The notes beneath the pieces were generated by a model that saw nothing but the letters and a program-made list of their open reading frames with translations, was not told the DNA's origin and ran no database searches. A stretch of DNA of 62,733 bases, the filler included, from Trichosphaerium sp. ATCC 40318 (Eukaryota > Protista > Tubulinea), in the NCBI GenBank assembly GCA_038496445.1. It is 3 parts of 3 records of this genome, joined end to end, with 100 filler letters (N's around TTAATTAATTAA, not from the genome) between each part and the next. Parts side by side here need not be neighbours in the genome. Positions count along the whole stretch, not along the records: positions 1 to 29,138 come from JALMLS010000020.1; positions 29,239 to 53,435 come from JALMLS010000544.1; 1 more part is not named here. One strand, 5' to 3'. Shown piece by piece: positions 26,848 to 37,964 of the stretch. Made by a program: the position numbers and the translations under genes. How positions within the stretch are numbered: position 1 is the stretch's first letter; each line of letters starts with the position of its first letter.

Positions 26848-27639
26848 ATATCACAAAGTAAATGTGAGGGACCAACAAAGAAACTCACGTTTTTGGGTCT
26901 CAGTTTAGATATGGAAAAACGTGAGATCGCTTTAACAGAAAGAAAAAGAAATAAGATCACAAAGATGGTTGACTGGTTTATCTCTCAAAAGAAGGTAAAG
27001 AAGAGAAAGTGCATGGTGCTAACCGGCACTCTGAACTTCGCAGCACAAGTAGTTTACGGTGGACAAACGTACATGCGAAGATTATATGACGGAATGAGTA
27101 GATACCCGAATAATGAGATGTGGGTACCTATCACAAAGAATATGAAGAAGGATTTGAAATGGTGGAAAGAGATGCTGAAAGAATGGGACGGTAAAGCAAT
27201 CATCTTAACACCGTTACCCATCAGCAACCTCAGATTTCAAACAGACGCCTCAAGTAAGGCAGCCGGTGCTTTCTTGGACGGAAAGTGGTTGGTGCATGAG
27301 TTCGTCAAACACGAGATAGACTGGGACATCGGTATCAAAGAGATGTACGCAGTCTGGATGGCTCTGAAGGAGTGGAGACATCTATTAAAGAACAAGGTGG
27401 TTAGAAATTTCCACATCGACAACACAGGAATTGTCAGTGCGGTAAACAGATTAGTGTCAAGAAGTGAAGGAACAATGAGAATGGTTTACGATGTCCATAA
27501 ATGGGCAGCAGCCGGAGGTTTTTGGTTGGAAGCACAATGGATAGCAACCGACGACAACGGTGTAGTGGATGCGTTAAGCAGACTAGATTGGAATCGGTTC
27601 AAAGTAGAAGCAGAGATTTTAGGCTTTTATAATTGTACA

Positions 27640-28698
27640 CAGGTCTAAAAAAATATACCAGTTTTTTTGGTATATACCACTTTTATACCACTTTTTTATA
27701 CCAGTTTTTTATGGTATATACCAAAAAAAGTGGTATATTTTGACTGAAATATACCAAAAAAAGTGGTATATTGACCAAATATACCAACAATATACCAAAA
27801 AAAACAGGTATAAAAACAGAAAATATACCACTTTTTTTCACCAGAAAAAAAAAAATATACCACTTTTTTATACCACTTTTTTTAGGTATATACCAGTTAT
27901 ATACCACTTTTTTATACCAATTTTTCATGGTATATACCACTCTTATATACCACTTTATGCCTACTTATGGTACACCTGCAATTCCAGAAAATACACTTTA
28001 TTTAATACACAGTTTGTGAGTTACAAGTTTTGGACAATGTCCACTACAGTTACATTACTATGGGCGTCTGGAAAATTCGTCCATCTCCATGAGCTTGCTG
28101 TACCTACTTTAAAAACATGCTGCGCACCTAATGAAAGTGGTTCCACCTGAATCCATCAATTACTAAGGCCTACGGAGGTCGGTTAATGTATATCAAACGA
28201 AAATAAAATAAAACTTTGTCTGGTACCCACGAACGTCTGTATAATACCTGCAATATAGTTTCCTTAATGTTGGTACTGTAATCAGGTCCTGCGGTTCGAA
28301 TGAGCCTGGTTTGGTTAGATTCTATGATATACTAAGGTCCCTACGCACCGTTCAATGTATGACGTCTATGATCGTTCAACAAGAAAACCCATTACCAAAA
28401 AGCTCCTTAATGACCTTCTTGAAGTATACCATAAAAGTGGTATATACCAATAAAAAGGTGGTATATACCACATACCATAAAAAAATGGTATATACCACTT
28501 TATATACCATTTTTAGAAGGTCTCATTATGTGAATGAAAAGTGGTATATACCACTTCCATATACCTCTTTTTTATTCACTTAATTTCTAAAAAAGTGGTA
28601 TTTCAAAATGGTATATACCAGTTCATATACCATTTTGTTGAAAAAAGTGGTATATACCATAAAAAAACTGGTATATACCACTTTAATTTTTAGACCTG
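27640..28698. mobile_element. Non-autonomous foldback/TIR element C (1059 bp), 2-bp TSD CA
   Basis: CAGGTCTAAAAA / TTTTTAGACCTG; CA on both sides (27638-9, 28699-700); arms of GGTATATACC palindromes and TATACCAC repeats. Confidence 0.92.
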
Positions 28699-28730
28699 CA
28701 GGACGTATAATTAAAGGATCTTTTAGATAG

Positions 28731-29138
28731 AATATACACGTGGATAGTAGAACAGCAGAGGAAAGATATCCTGAGAGCAGCATACCCAGCAAATACAGAA
28801 GCGAATAGGAAATCAGCGATAAAGGCAGTAGTAGTAGCACTTTTGTATGAACATACCAAAGAAAGATTGGTTCCCAATGTCAACAAAAACTCTGACAATG
28901 GTAGTAGCCTTGTGGGCAAAACAAGCACAAGAGGACAAGGGTCTTAAACCGGCAACGATACGGGTGTATATGTCACACTGGGCATGGTTGTGTAAAAGAC
29001 TGGGACATAAGGACCCGAGAGAAGGATGCACTCATTATCACGAGATGTTAAGAAGCATGAGAAGAACTTTTGGTGATAAAATAGAAAGGAAGAGACCGAT
29101 AACACCAAAGATATTGACACAGATCAGACTAAGTATGG
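28731..29138 (+). pseudogene. N-terminal part of the retroelement tyrosine recombinase (ORF3), frameshifted near 28830-28845 and truncated by the gap
   Basis: ILRAAYPANTEANRKSAIK then, after a frame change, MNIPKKDWFP...GLKPATIRVYMS...LGHKDP...KRPITPKIL; matches the core-binding domain and R/K-x-PIT linker of DIRS/Ngaro recombinases. Confidence 0.75.
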
Positions 29139-29238
29139 NNNNNNNNNNNNNNNNNNNNNNNNNNNNNNNNNNNNNNNNNNNNTTAATTAATTAANNNNNN
29201 NNNNNNNNNNNNNNNNNNNNNNNNNNNNNNNNNNNNNN
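29139..29238. other. Artificial contig linker (N44 + TTAATTAATTAA + N44)
   Basis: Exactly 100 bp, six-frame stop cassette, identical to the one at 53436-53535. Confidence 0.97.
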
Positions 29239-29284
29239 TTTTTTTTTGTGTGCTTGCGTTAATGTGGTTTAGTTTTGATCGCAG

Positions 29285-32157
29285 GAGTGCCCCTTCGACT
29301 CCAGAATCATCAGCCAGCGCCAGCACTGTGGCCAGCCCCGTCGCCAGCCACGTCGCCGTAGGCAGAGGCAAGGGCAAGGTGCCCAAAAACGGTTATCTTT
29401 ACACGTCCTCAAAGCGACAAAGGACAGGTAAATTTGGGTACGACTCCTTTCGTTTTTTGGCTTTGTCTATCCAGTACAAATTGTCGTCTTCTCCTCTTTA
29501 CAATTGCAATGCACTTTTGCTAACTCTTTTTCCCAAGTGCACGAAGAACCAGACCCAAATACGTCATAGGCGATACCGGTGGCCACAAATCGCTGGTGAG
29601 GGTGCCTAAAGACGTGGCTGACCCGGCGGTGGTTACAAATCCGTCAACGGACAATCTCGCCGTATACCTGCATACTTTCATGCGCGGTGGCGACGAAAAA
29701 GGCACAATGGTGCAATCCACATGTTCGTGGAAAACCATGTACGATGCATGGCCGCTCGCACAAAGTGCCATTAATGAGATGAGGCACATGGCCAACATCT
29801 CCTCCAAAAAAGAGTTGGAGGCTGAGAAGAACGGTGAACTTGCCTCTACAAAATGGCGAGGATCGTGGCCCACCATCAGAGGGCATCTCAAAAAATATTT
29901 TATTTTTTGCAATGACTGTGCACGATCGGTGATGCAGGAAATTACCATATGCCAGGCGGTCAGTCCTACATATCTCAGAGCATTTCCGTATGTCTTACAG
30001 GCAATTGGCTACAGCTCGAGCTACATTTCGAAGATTTTTCTTGGACTCCGAAAGGTGTTTGCTTGGTGGCACGAGAACTTTGACGCGGAGTTCCGGGGAA
30101 AACAAACCAAATGGATAAAAGATCATACTCCTGAAGAATTGAAGCAGATAAAAAGAGCCATCTCGGCTGCCAAGGACTACGCGTCCCTCACAGCGCGTAA
30201 GTACAAAAAACATGGTCTCAGACAACGGAAGCCCCCTTCCACATTCGCTGAAGACGTGAACAGCGGCAAGCTCATGCCCAAAGGTAAGTAAAACTCAACG
30301 CCTCTTTCTTTTTGTTTGAATGATGCAACAACGAACCGATTCTGATATTTTTTTTTTTTTTATTGTAGCTGAGATGACCTCTTTCATAACGTTCCTGTTG
30401 AGCAGGGTATCCACCCTGGATGCAGCACTCGACGACCCTACTAAAATGCCGTTCGACTGCGAAAGCGTCGCGGATGTACGCTGGGCCATCATGTGCAACG
30501 CTATCTGCGTCGAACTGTCTCTGGGCGGTGGTTCTAGAAGAGAAAGAATACATTACATGGACGAGGATCACTTGTTTCTAGAAGATCCTACGAGGCCATA
30601 CTACCGAGTTCGAGTTCAAAAAACGGACGCAGCACACCGAAAAGACAAGGTTCCTAGATCTCCATTGGCTCACATGGTGATGGAGCACTACAGGACCAAA
30701 GTGCGACCAGTTATGGTCGAGAGCTCGAAAGTGAAGGCCATATGGCTTAACAAGAGCGGTCGCGCCATATGTGCGAAAGGCGTTGGCGAAGCGGTGACCA
30801 TGGTCACCAAACTGTTCAACCCATACCTGCACATGACGCCTAAGTCCTTCAGGACTTTCACGTACTCGTACGCTGCTATGGGGCACTACAACGCGCCAGG
30901 AGACTCCACTACGGTGTCTGTACCAAAAATAGCGAGTTTGATGAGCGTCTTGCCTGAAACAGGGCAAAGATATTACGACAAGAGCAATAGGCTCGTAGAG
31001 CAAAGGTAAGTTCGTTCTTTTATTTTGTTGTCGCGTTTTCCTTGTTTTCCTTTTTTTCTCTTTTTTTTTTTGTGTGTTCGTTTGAATCCATTCACTTACT
31101 TTCTGTGCCTCGATAGAAAGATATTGCATACAATCAATAAAGAAATGCTCGAGTTTGTAGAGCATGAACCGTTCTCAGCCAGCGTCATGAAAGCTGTGCG
31201 CAGAAGAGTGCCGTTTCCCAATGAAGTGGCCAACGAGACGGTGTTCACGAGGCCGCTAACGGTTTTTGAGCACCATAGATACTTGCTCCCAATGGAGCAG
31301 CTTCGCACATGTCAGTTCACCGACATGTCCTACTTTGAAGAGTTCTTTTTGGACGTCGTTTGCAGAGGTACAGCTTCCACGTTATCTCAATTTGTCCTTG
31401 CAAACCCCTTTCTTTCATTCGCGCTGCACTTTTCCTTTTGCTAACACCGCCTCTACCTAGACATCAAACGAGATGACAAGGATGCCATTCTAGAAGCGAA
31501 AAGACTAGACTACCTAGGCGATGGCCTTGAGGTAATGTTTAAAATCTCATGGCCACACGAGGGAAGATCAATGTGGCTCTCATTGAGAGAGGTTGCGTTG
31601 CGCCTACCAAAGCTCCTAACAGAGCTTATCGTGAGCAACACGGGCGGCCTAAAAAGTTTGCCACAGTCTCACAATGCGGCCATTGCAGAGGAACCGGACC
31701 GCTCAAAATTCTCTCCAATACTAGAGTTCGATGGTAAAGAAGGCCATTTCATGATATCAGTGACGACGATATCAGTGACGACGATCTCAGTGACGACGAC
31801 GACAATGTCAGCGTTGTTGAGAACGTCACAGATAGTGTCGTCAACTCCAAAATCCCTTCTCAAGTGAAGTTCGACAAAGCGGCCTTGAAGAAAGCCGGGG
31901 TTCATTTCTTCAATCTGGAGCGCAGTACTCGCGATAGCGACAGTGACACTGACGCTTTCAAAAAAAAGGGTCGTGTCATCGATTTGGTCCATGACAGCGA
32001 CGACGATGTCGGTGACGACAAGGCCGGCGACAGTGCCGAGTCCGTAAACGCCAGCCCACGCGGCAGTGACCTCAGCGACGACGACAGCGCTAGGTACCAC
32101 AGCGAAGGCGCCAATAACAGTTACGAACTCGATGATGTCGATGACTTTTGGTATTAA
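29285..32157 (+). CDS. Intron-containing tyrosine recombinase (Crypton-like) with C-terminal chromo-shadow-like domain and acidic tail; 5' end lost in the gap
   Basis: Exons about 29285-29427, 29538-30283, 30369-31005, 31117-31367, 31461 onward; GT-AG introns keep the frame. YR motifs GGSRRE (R), QKT (K), YRTKVRP, IWLNKSG, HMTPKSFRT, IASLMSV, QRYY (Y). The Asp/Ser-rich tail (about 31750-32157) lies in another frame, suggesting a frameshift near 31735-31750. Confidence 0.75.
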
Positions 32158-33119
32158 TCGAACAAAGGCAACGCCAATCAATCTCTGTGTAATAAATTAT
32201 CCATTCAAACCCTTCTTTTGTCGTTGGTTTCGTCTCTTCTTTTTTTTTTATTATCAGTGTTTCACATTCAAAAAAAAAAGTACCTGAGCAACAGCTTGTC
32301 AAATGCGAGTTCATTTTTGGCCTGTTGTGATCGTTTTGTATTAATCTCTTTCCAATAGAACCATTTCTTGCGCTTGCTAAGCGTGAAAATTGCATGAACA
32401 ATGCCTCATCTATTGTCGTCAGCATAACTTGTGTGTAATTTGCAATGTGAAAAAAAAAAGGTACCCAAACCACTTTTACGCATAATTGGAATGCAGCGCT
32501 GTTCACACTCTTGAAGGTTGGTAAAAAAAGGAAAAAACCCCTTAAAAGGAAAAAAAACTGCACTGTGTCCCCTTTCAACTTAATTACAAGTTCACAAACA
32601 CACTTCACTGAGGGTTTTGTGGCTTTTCTTTGTCGCTACACAACGCAAATCTCAAATTGTCGCTGTAAACTCTAACAAAGTTGCTTTTTTGCCAATCCGT
32701 CTACCGCAATGCGCTTTAATAACAAAATAAACGTCTCGCGTGGTATAATGCCTCTTTAACGACAGCTTTCTATTTGTTACGCGTTTGTTTCGCCTTGCAC
32801 GGCGCTTGAACACCTCATTGACTGCCTTCGAGACAAAAAAACAGCATTTTTCAATTAAAGTGCTTGATAGCCTTCGAAAACGAGATCCAACAGTTCGGTT
32901 GGATCGCCAGACACCACGTCGTTACGTAGAGTGGTCTTTTGCATCGTTTTAATACGTTTGAAGCGAAGAAATTGACAATTTCAATATGTAGACTTGGTCA
33001 ACGTACAGTCACATCTAAATGAAAAATTGTGGTTCTGAAAACCTGTTTGACACAGGTTTTTTGACCTCTACCTTTGAGAGTTTTTTGGCGCTGTTTAGAA
33101 ATCGCTACGATAGGAAACA

Positions 33120-33773
33120 GCGATGACACCTGTGAGGCCCGTCGATAGAAAAAAGAAAAAAAAAATAAGGCTTAGTTGCAAACAAATCGTATTGTTTGTG
33201 TGTGCGTTGCAACTTCAACTTGCAAACCAACCTATTCTTATCTGCGACACCCGAGAGATCACAAGAGATTGGAACAACAAAAAGGTTCGAGAAGGTTTTT
33301 TTTTACCTTGGAAATCAGCAAGTCAGACTAACCGTTGATGACTTGTTTGGACTTTTTGTTGACGTAGCATAGAAAATCTTCCAAACTCTCAATGGTCGCT
33401 CGCAAAAGCAACTCCACCGCGTGAAACGTACTCTAGGTTGTAAAAGAGGAGGCTTTGGACGTGATGAGGGTCTGTGAACAAAGCTTGGCGCTCGTAGTTG
33501 AGCAAACGCGTCTAGTTGGCCTTTTTCCAAGGTTTAGCGCATCTAGAGACCGTTCGAACAAGACAGTTAACTTGAACAAGACTTGTAGTTCGTAAAAGTG
33601 AGAGCCTGGCTTAACTTAGTAGAAACGTTAGAATCGTTCAAACGACCACCTGTAACAGGGCGCCCTGAGCTTTTAATATTATTCTACACCGGAAGCAAGG
33701 CGCTATCTCATAGCATTCTAAAAATCGCTGTCGAAAAGAAGCTTCGCATTTTTGCGGCATCGTTCTCATATTA
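33120..33773 (+). pseudogene. Possible degenerate second gene downstream of the recombinase
   Basis: Higher-GC, codon-like stretches (QVRLTVDDLFGLFVDVA*, EEALDVMRVCEQSLALVVEQTRL, VRAWLNLVETLESFKRPP...RIFAASFSY*) broken by stops and frame changes; no family recognised. Confidence 0.25.
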
Positions 33774-34310
33774 AACAGACACGTTGCTAATCGGGGGTAG
33801 ATATTGTTGCTACTCGTTCTATGCTGTGTGTTTGCTGAGTATGTGTGTTATCTTCTATCAACTTATCTTGGTTGAGATAGCAATTTCACTAGCAACATTG
33901 AGACTCTGATTCACTTTTTCTTCCTATTTTTTGGGAGAAGAACTTCTCATCAAAACTAACATCACGTAAGCAAGTGACGCAATTTTATTCGATCGCGCGA
34001 GTGTTATCTACCCTCTTTTTCTTATTTTTTGTTTTTTCGCATGATTTTTTCTATTTTATTTCTAACCTCTTGCGGCGAAATGAAAACTGACTGCTCTTTT
34101 TCTATACACGTTTTCTAAAAACTTTCATAATGTGAACAATCCACTGTCAAAGTTGGCGTTCAAAGAGAGATTTCAATGTTTGCAAAGTTCTAATTGATTG
34201 ACAGATCGGAGCTTCTTGCAGTGCGTTGTATTTGATGTGAGCTTTGTCTGTGCATCGTTTGGCGTTAAGCAGAGGTATCTACAAAAAGCACAGTGTGGTG
34301 GAATAGATGT

Positions 34311-34690
34311 GAGCTAAGACAGTTGTTTAAAGTTAAGTGGTGATGATTGTACACGGCGCAATGCGCCAGATTGGACGGAAGCCAAGGTAAGTAACTGTGT
34401 AGAGTTAAGTGGTGTTCTTCGGATACGGCGCAATGCGCCGGATTGGACATGAGCTAAGGTGACTGTGTAGAGATAAGCGGTGTTCTTCGGATACAGCGCA
34501 GTGCGCCGGATTGGACATGAGCTAAGGTGACTGTCTGGAGTTAAGTGATGTTCTTCGGATACAGCGCAATGCGCCGGATTGGACATGAGCTAAGGTGACT
34601 GTGTAGAGATAAGTGGTGTTCTTCAGATACGGCGCAGTGCGCCGAATTGGACATGAGCTAAGGTGACTGTGTAGAGATAAGTGGTGATGG
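34311..34690. repeat. 68-bp tandem array, about 5.5 copies, each with a (C)GGCGCA-N-TGCGCC(G) palindrome or a one-base variant
   Basis: GAGCTAAGGTGACTGT recurs at 34451, 34519, 34587 and 34655; two more diverged units lie to the left. Confidence 0.95.
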
Positions 34691-35234
34691 ATGTATAATT
34701 GTAATAAATTGAATCACATAACTTTGTATTGTTGTTGAACTTGTGTTACTTTAAAACGCATTGTATTTCGTTGTAAAAGTAGAGTTGTTTCTGATTAATA
34801 AGTTGCGATTTAGTAATATATATACAAGCTTAATAAAGGTCTTGTCTTTGTTCCGTTTCTTTTTGTGAAATACTCCTTTAATTCTAATCGCTAAATTCGT
34901 AAATGGTAAAGCTGGCGACTAACTGTATGTGTATTCAAAAATATGACTGAATACTTTGCATAATTTTGTAAACAACTTGGACGTTTAGCTACAAATAAGA
35001 GGTTTGTGTAAGTGTAGTAGTATAAAACAAATAAATATGTAATGTCGGTTATAAAAAGAATATATTGAGTAAGTAGATGTAAAGTTGGATGCGTTTTGGT
35101 ATATCCAAATTAATACTTTACAGTTTTTTCTAAAAGTATACAATTTCAAAGGTTTTTATATAAATTGTAATTCATAATGCGTTCTTATAAAGTACATTAA
35201 AGCCTAATATAGGTAAATATAGCCAATATTTGTC

Positions 35235-35470
35235 CCCTAAACCCTAACCCTAACCCTAACCCTAACCCCTAACCCATAAAACCTAAACCCTAATTGGCTT
35301 CTAGGATATAATCCTAATTGCTGTTATTCTAGACTAGGGTTAGGGCTTAATTTACACTCATTAGTAGGGTTAGGGTTAGGTTTACAACCCTAACAACTTA
35401 TGCTATATTTGTTGTTGATTAGGGCTAGGGTTAGGTTCTCAACCCTAAGTAGAATTAGGGTTAGGGTTAA
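35235..35470. repeat. Interstitial telomere-like repeats: (CCCTAA)n followed by scattered (TTAGGG)n
   Basis: CCCTAA run at 35235-35293; TAGGGTTAGGG blocks at about 35335, 35365, 35420 and 35455. Confidence 0.9.
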
Positions 35471-35807
35471 TACATTAGTTTGCAGATGAAGCTTTATAAA
35501 CCTTAATGCTTTAATTAGTAGATTTGTATGGTATAAAAGTATTTGCAGATTGGTTTAAGAACATAGTTGACTTGTAGCTATGATTACAGTTGAAATAAAG
35601 AGATGTTTGTTAGAATTTTACATTGTTATACTAATATTAGTTTTGTTTACATTTTTTGTAACACTGTAAATATAGCAAAAATATTTACAACAAATACATA
35701 CTTAAAAAAACATTTTCATTGACAAGCATTTAGGCTATAGCAATTATTTTCTTTATACATTTTTTTGTTTATTAAACTCTTTATTAAATAGTCACAAGTC
35801 CTGAAAA

Positions 35808-36677
35808 CTAGTTATAAGCAGCTTTTGATGGTTTAATGGAACTTTTTGGCGGTTTATGTTGTACAAGTTTAACCAATAAATTTGCAGGGTCTTTGTCACT
35901 TACAATATACTTTTTAGAACCTATTTTTTTGTTAAAAAAAACTTATAAGGGTTACTATGCATACTAATAAAGCCATTGGCTTTTGCTTGTTCTATCCATG
36001 CTAACAATGCATCAAAGTAACCATTTGTATTAAGGATACCAATTGGTTTTGCATGCAATCCTACAGCAGTCATTCATAAGTTGCACAACAAGAGTAACAG
36101 TTACCTATTTGACACCAAGTAATTACTTCTGAAAGCTCTTCAAGGGTTCCAAAGCCACCTGGCATGGCAATAAACGCATTAGACCCACTGTACATTTGAG
36201 TTTTACGTTGATGCATAGTATCCTGCTCATTTTTTAAAACGCATAAGTCACGTGTTTAAACACAATAAAAACGCCGTACCACTGTTATCATTTTGTAGTT
36301 ATCTGACTGTGTGAATGGCTTGGTGGGAAGGGCAGCTTCTGCCGCTATTAACCATCCGGGCACGATACCTGTAACTTTACCACCATTTTCTAGCCTAAAA
36401 TGAGGCTCTACGCTCCAAGATACGCGTACCTATAACTAATTTCTGTGGTTAGGGAAGAACGCTAATTTAACGCTACGTTTTTTATGCTACGATGCGTACC
36501 AGACTCCGCAATAGCGCCCATCATGCCACAAGTGCCGCTGCCATACATTAGCGACAAGTTTTGTTCTGTCATGAGTTTGCCGAGCGCCCTCGCTGCAGCG
36601 GTGAACGCAGGGCTGTTGCCATCACGAGAACCAGAAAACACACAAATTGTCTTCACAGACGCTTTCTCTTCCGTCAT
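35808..36677 (-). CDS. LOG: LOG family (cytokinin/nucleotide phosphoribohydrolase, Rossmann fold), 5 exons
   Basis: [49 protein letters not shown] (PGGxGTxE), [13 protein letters not shown]. Confidence 0.92.
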
Positions 36678-36868
36678 AACCTTATGTATTGCACTATCAG
36701 GTCAATGTGAAAATAAACTGACGTATCACAACCCCAAAGATACACCCCAAAAGTCTTTACTTTTCCAACGCGTATTTGCACGACTATTTGAAATATTACT
36801 TTATTTACAAGTGTGTTAGGTTACACGAAAGACCAATTCAACGTTTCCAACATGAATTTGGTTGTTGT

Positions 36869-37832
36869 TTACGCTTGCAAGAAGTCCAAGTCGTCAAACA
36901 TATTGTTGTACTTGAGAACCTTTTCTTTGTATTTTGAGGTTCCTCCCAAGCGAACATAGTCTTCCATTGTTCTAGACACGAGATAAGCAAAAAAAACGTG
37001 CTGTGAAAAAAAAAAAAGTGACAAAATGTGACACATTGCAATCTACTGTTTTACCTTGTGACGTGAAATGCAGGGTCAGTGATTGTTTGAGGTCCGACAG
37101 TAATATCTAAGGGACTTTATTAGTGGCATTCATATGAGGAAATAGTTACTATGCAAGATTATACGGCATGCTCTGTTCGTTAAATATTTGTACATAAAAA
37201 CAAAATAATAACAAAAACAGCACGTACGTCCTTGCTGTATCATCCTCACAGCGCTTGACGTGTTCTCCGCTATTTTACGGCGACAGAGTATTGTCGATAG
37301 GCGTCGCCTAAACCAATTTTTAGCGCTGGGAATATTTTTCGCATTTGTCGACAATGTGACACACGTACTTGCAAAATGTCGATATTTTCACCTTTTCTGC
37401 TGTCCTGAGATTACCCTTGTACTCTATCAATGCCATATCGTACCTTTTAGCGTTTCAGTATTATTTGGCACTTTTTTCTCATTTTCAAAAACCAGTACAC
37501 GCGTAGGCATGCTAAATCATGGCGAATTTGAGGCGTTTATACACGTACAACTTATCTAACAGCTGAGATGTTAATTTAATTCTAAAAGGGTCCCGCTGGT
37601 CCATATCCAACAATACACGGATAAGATTACGTAAATTTGTAACCAATAACTTGTATCTGAAGATTGTAAATTGACGCAATACGGTGTAAACGAACCTAGA
37701 GAAGTCTTGACGATCAACAAGTTGGAAACGGCGCAAAAGCACAGCTTCGCTTACATTTTCTTCTTCTTGTAGACCTATTAGATCAACCTTCTTCAGGAGT
37801 TTCTTTTCATGCCACTTGAGGTTCCTGGTCAT
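36869..37832 (-). CDS. IMP3: U3 snoRNP protein IMP3
   Basis: MTRNLKWHEKKLLKKVD, DPFRIKLTSQLLDKLY, LCRR...SAVRMIQQG, VGPQTITDPAFHVT/RTMEDYV, YNNMFDDLDFL. Confidence 0.9.
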
Positions 37833-37964
37833 GGTTGCGCTAAATTATAAATCGCTTTGAACGAAAAATGTCTTAACTTCAAAAAAACCCAAAATTCAAA
37901 ACAAAAAAAAAAAGCGAACAAAAGGCGTCTAAAGTGAAATTTCTCCTACGAAAACACCGCTTTC

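Larger units (their letters stand above)
23158..28730 (+). pseudogene. RT-RNase H ORF2 in three pieces: 23158-23945, 26850-27639, 28701-28730
   Basis: KSDMECAYW, MPFGW, YLDD (23848-23859). Removing each insert plus one TSD copy restores LGFK-I-SQSKCEGPTKKLTFLGL and YNCT-GRIIKGSFR*. RNase H motifs FQTDAS, IGIKEMYAV, HIDN, NGVVDALSR. Confidence 0.9.
20650..29138 (+). mobile_element. Ngaro/DIRS-type tyrosine-recombinase retrotransposon (gag, RT-RNase H, YR); interrupted by three insertions, cut by the contig end; left boundary approximate
   Basis: Intronless, higher-GC block with order gag (C-terminal Cys/His fingers), RT (YLDD), RNase H, YR N-terminus. There is no methyltransferase after RNase H, as in the Ngaro group. 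Confidence 0.85.

Noticed and set aside
23946-28698. Foldback inserts as self-splicing-out introner elements (termini contain CAG|GT and TTTTAG|)
   Set aside because: Using those sites leaves CAG + ACCTG + 2-bp TSD = 10 nt, which frameshifts the RT. Not a neutral intron at these sites, although cryptic splicing cannot be excluded without RNA data.
24669-28840. ORF-track proteins inside the inserts (rich in YT/IP/GI) and the first part of ORF 26602-27648
   Set aside because: Translations of TATACC repeat arms; real RT sequence resumes only at about 26848.
29183-29194. TTAATTAATTAA palindrome (also 53480-53491) as a biological site
   Set aside because: Centred in N runs totalling exactly 100 bp; it is a six-frame-stop assembly spacer.
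28731-31009. YR N-terminal fragment left of the gap and YR catalytic domain right of it as one gene
   Set aside because: They are separated by an artificial linker. The right-hand gene has its own N-terminal domain and introns and does not look like an Ngaro YR.
34311-34690. CRISPR array
   Set aside because: Whole 68-bp units repeat with no unique spacers; no cas genes; eukaryotic context.
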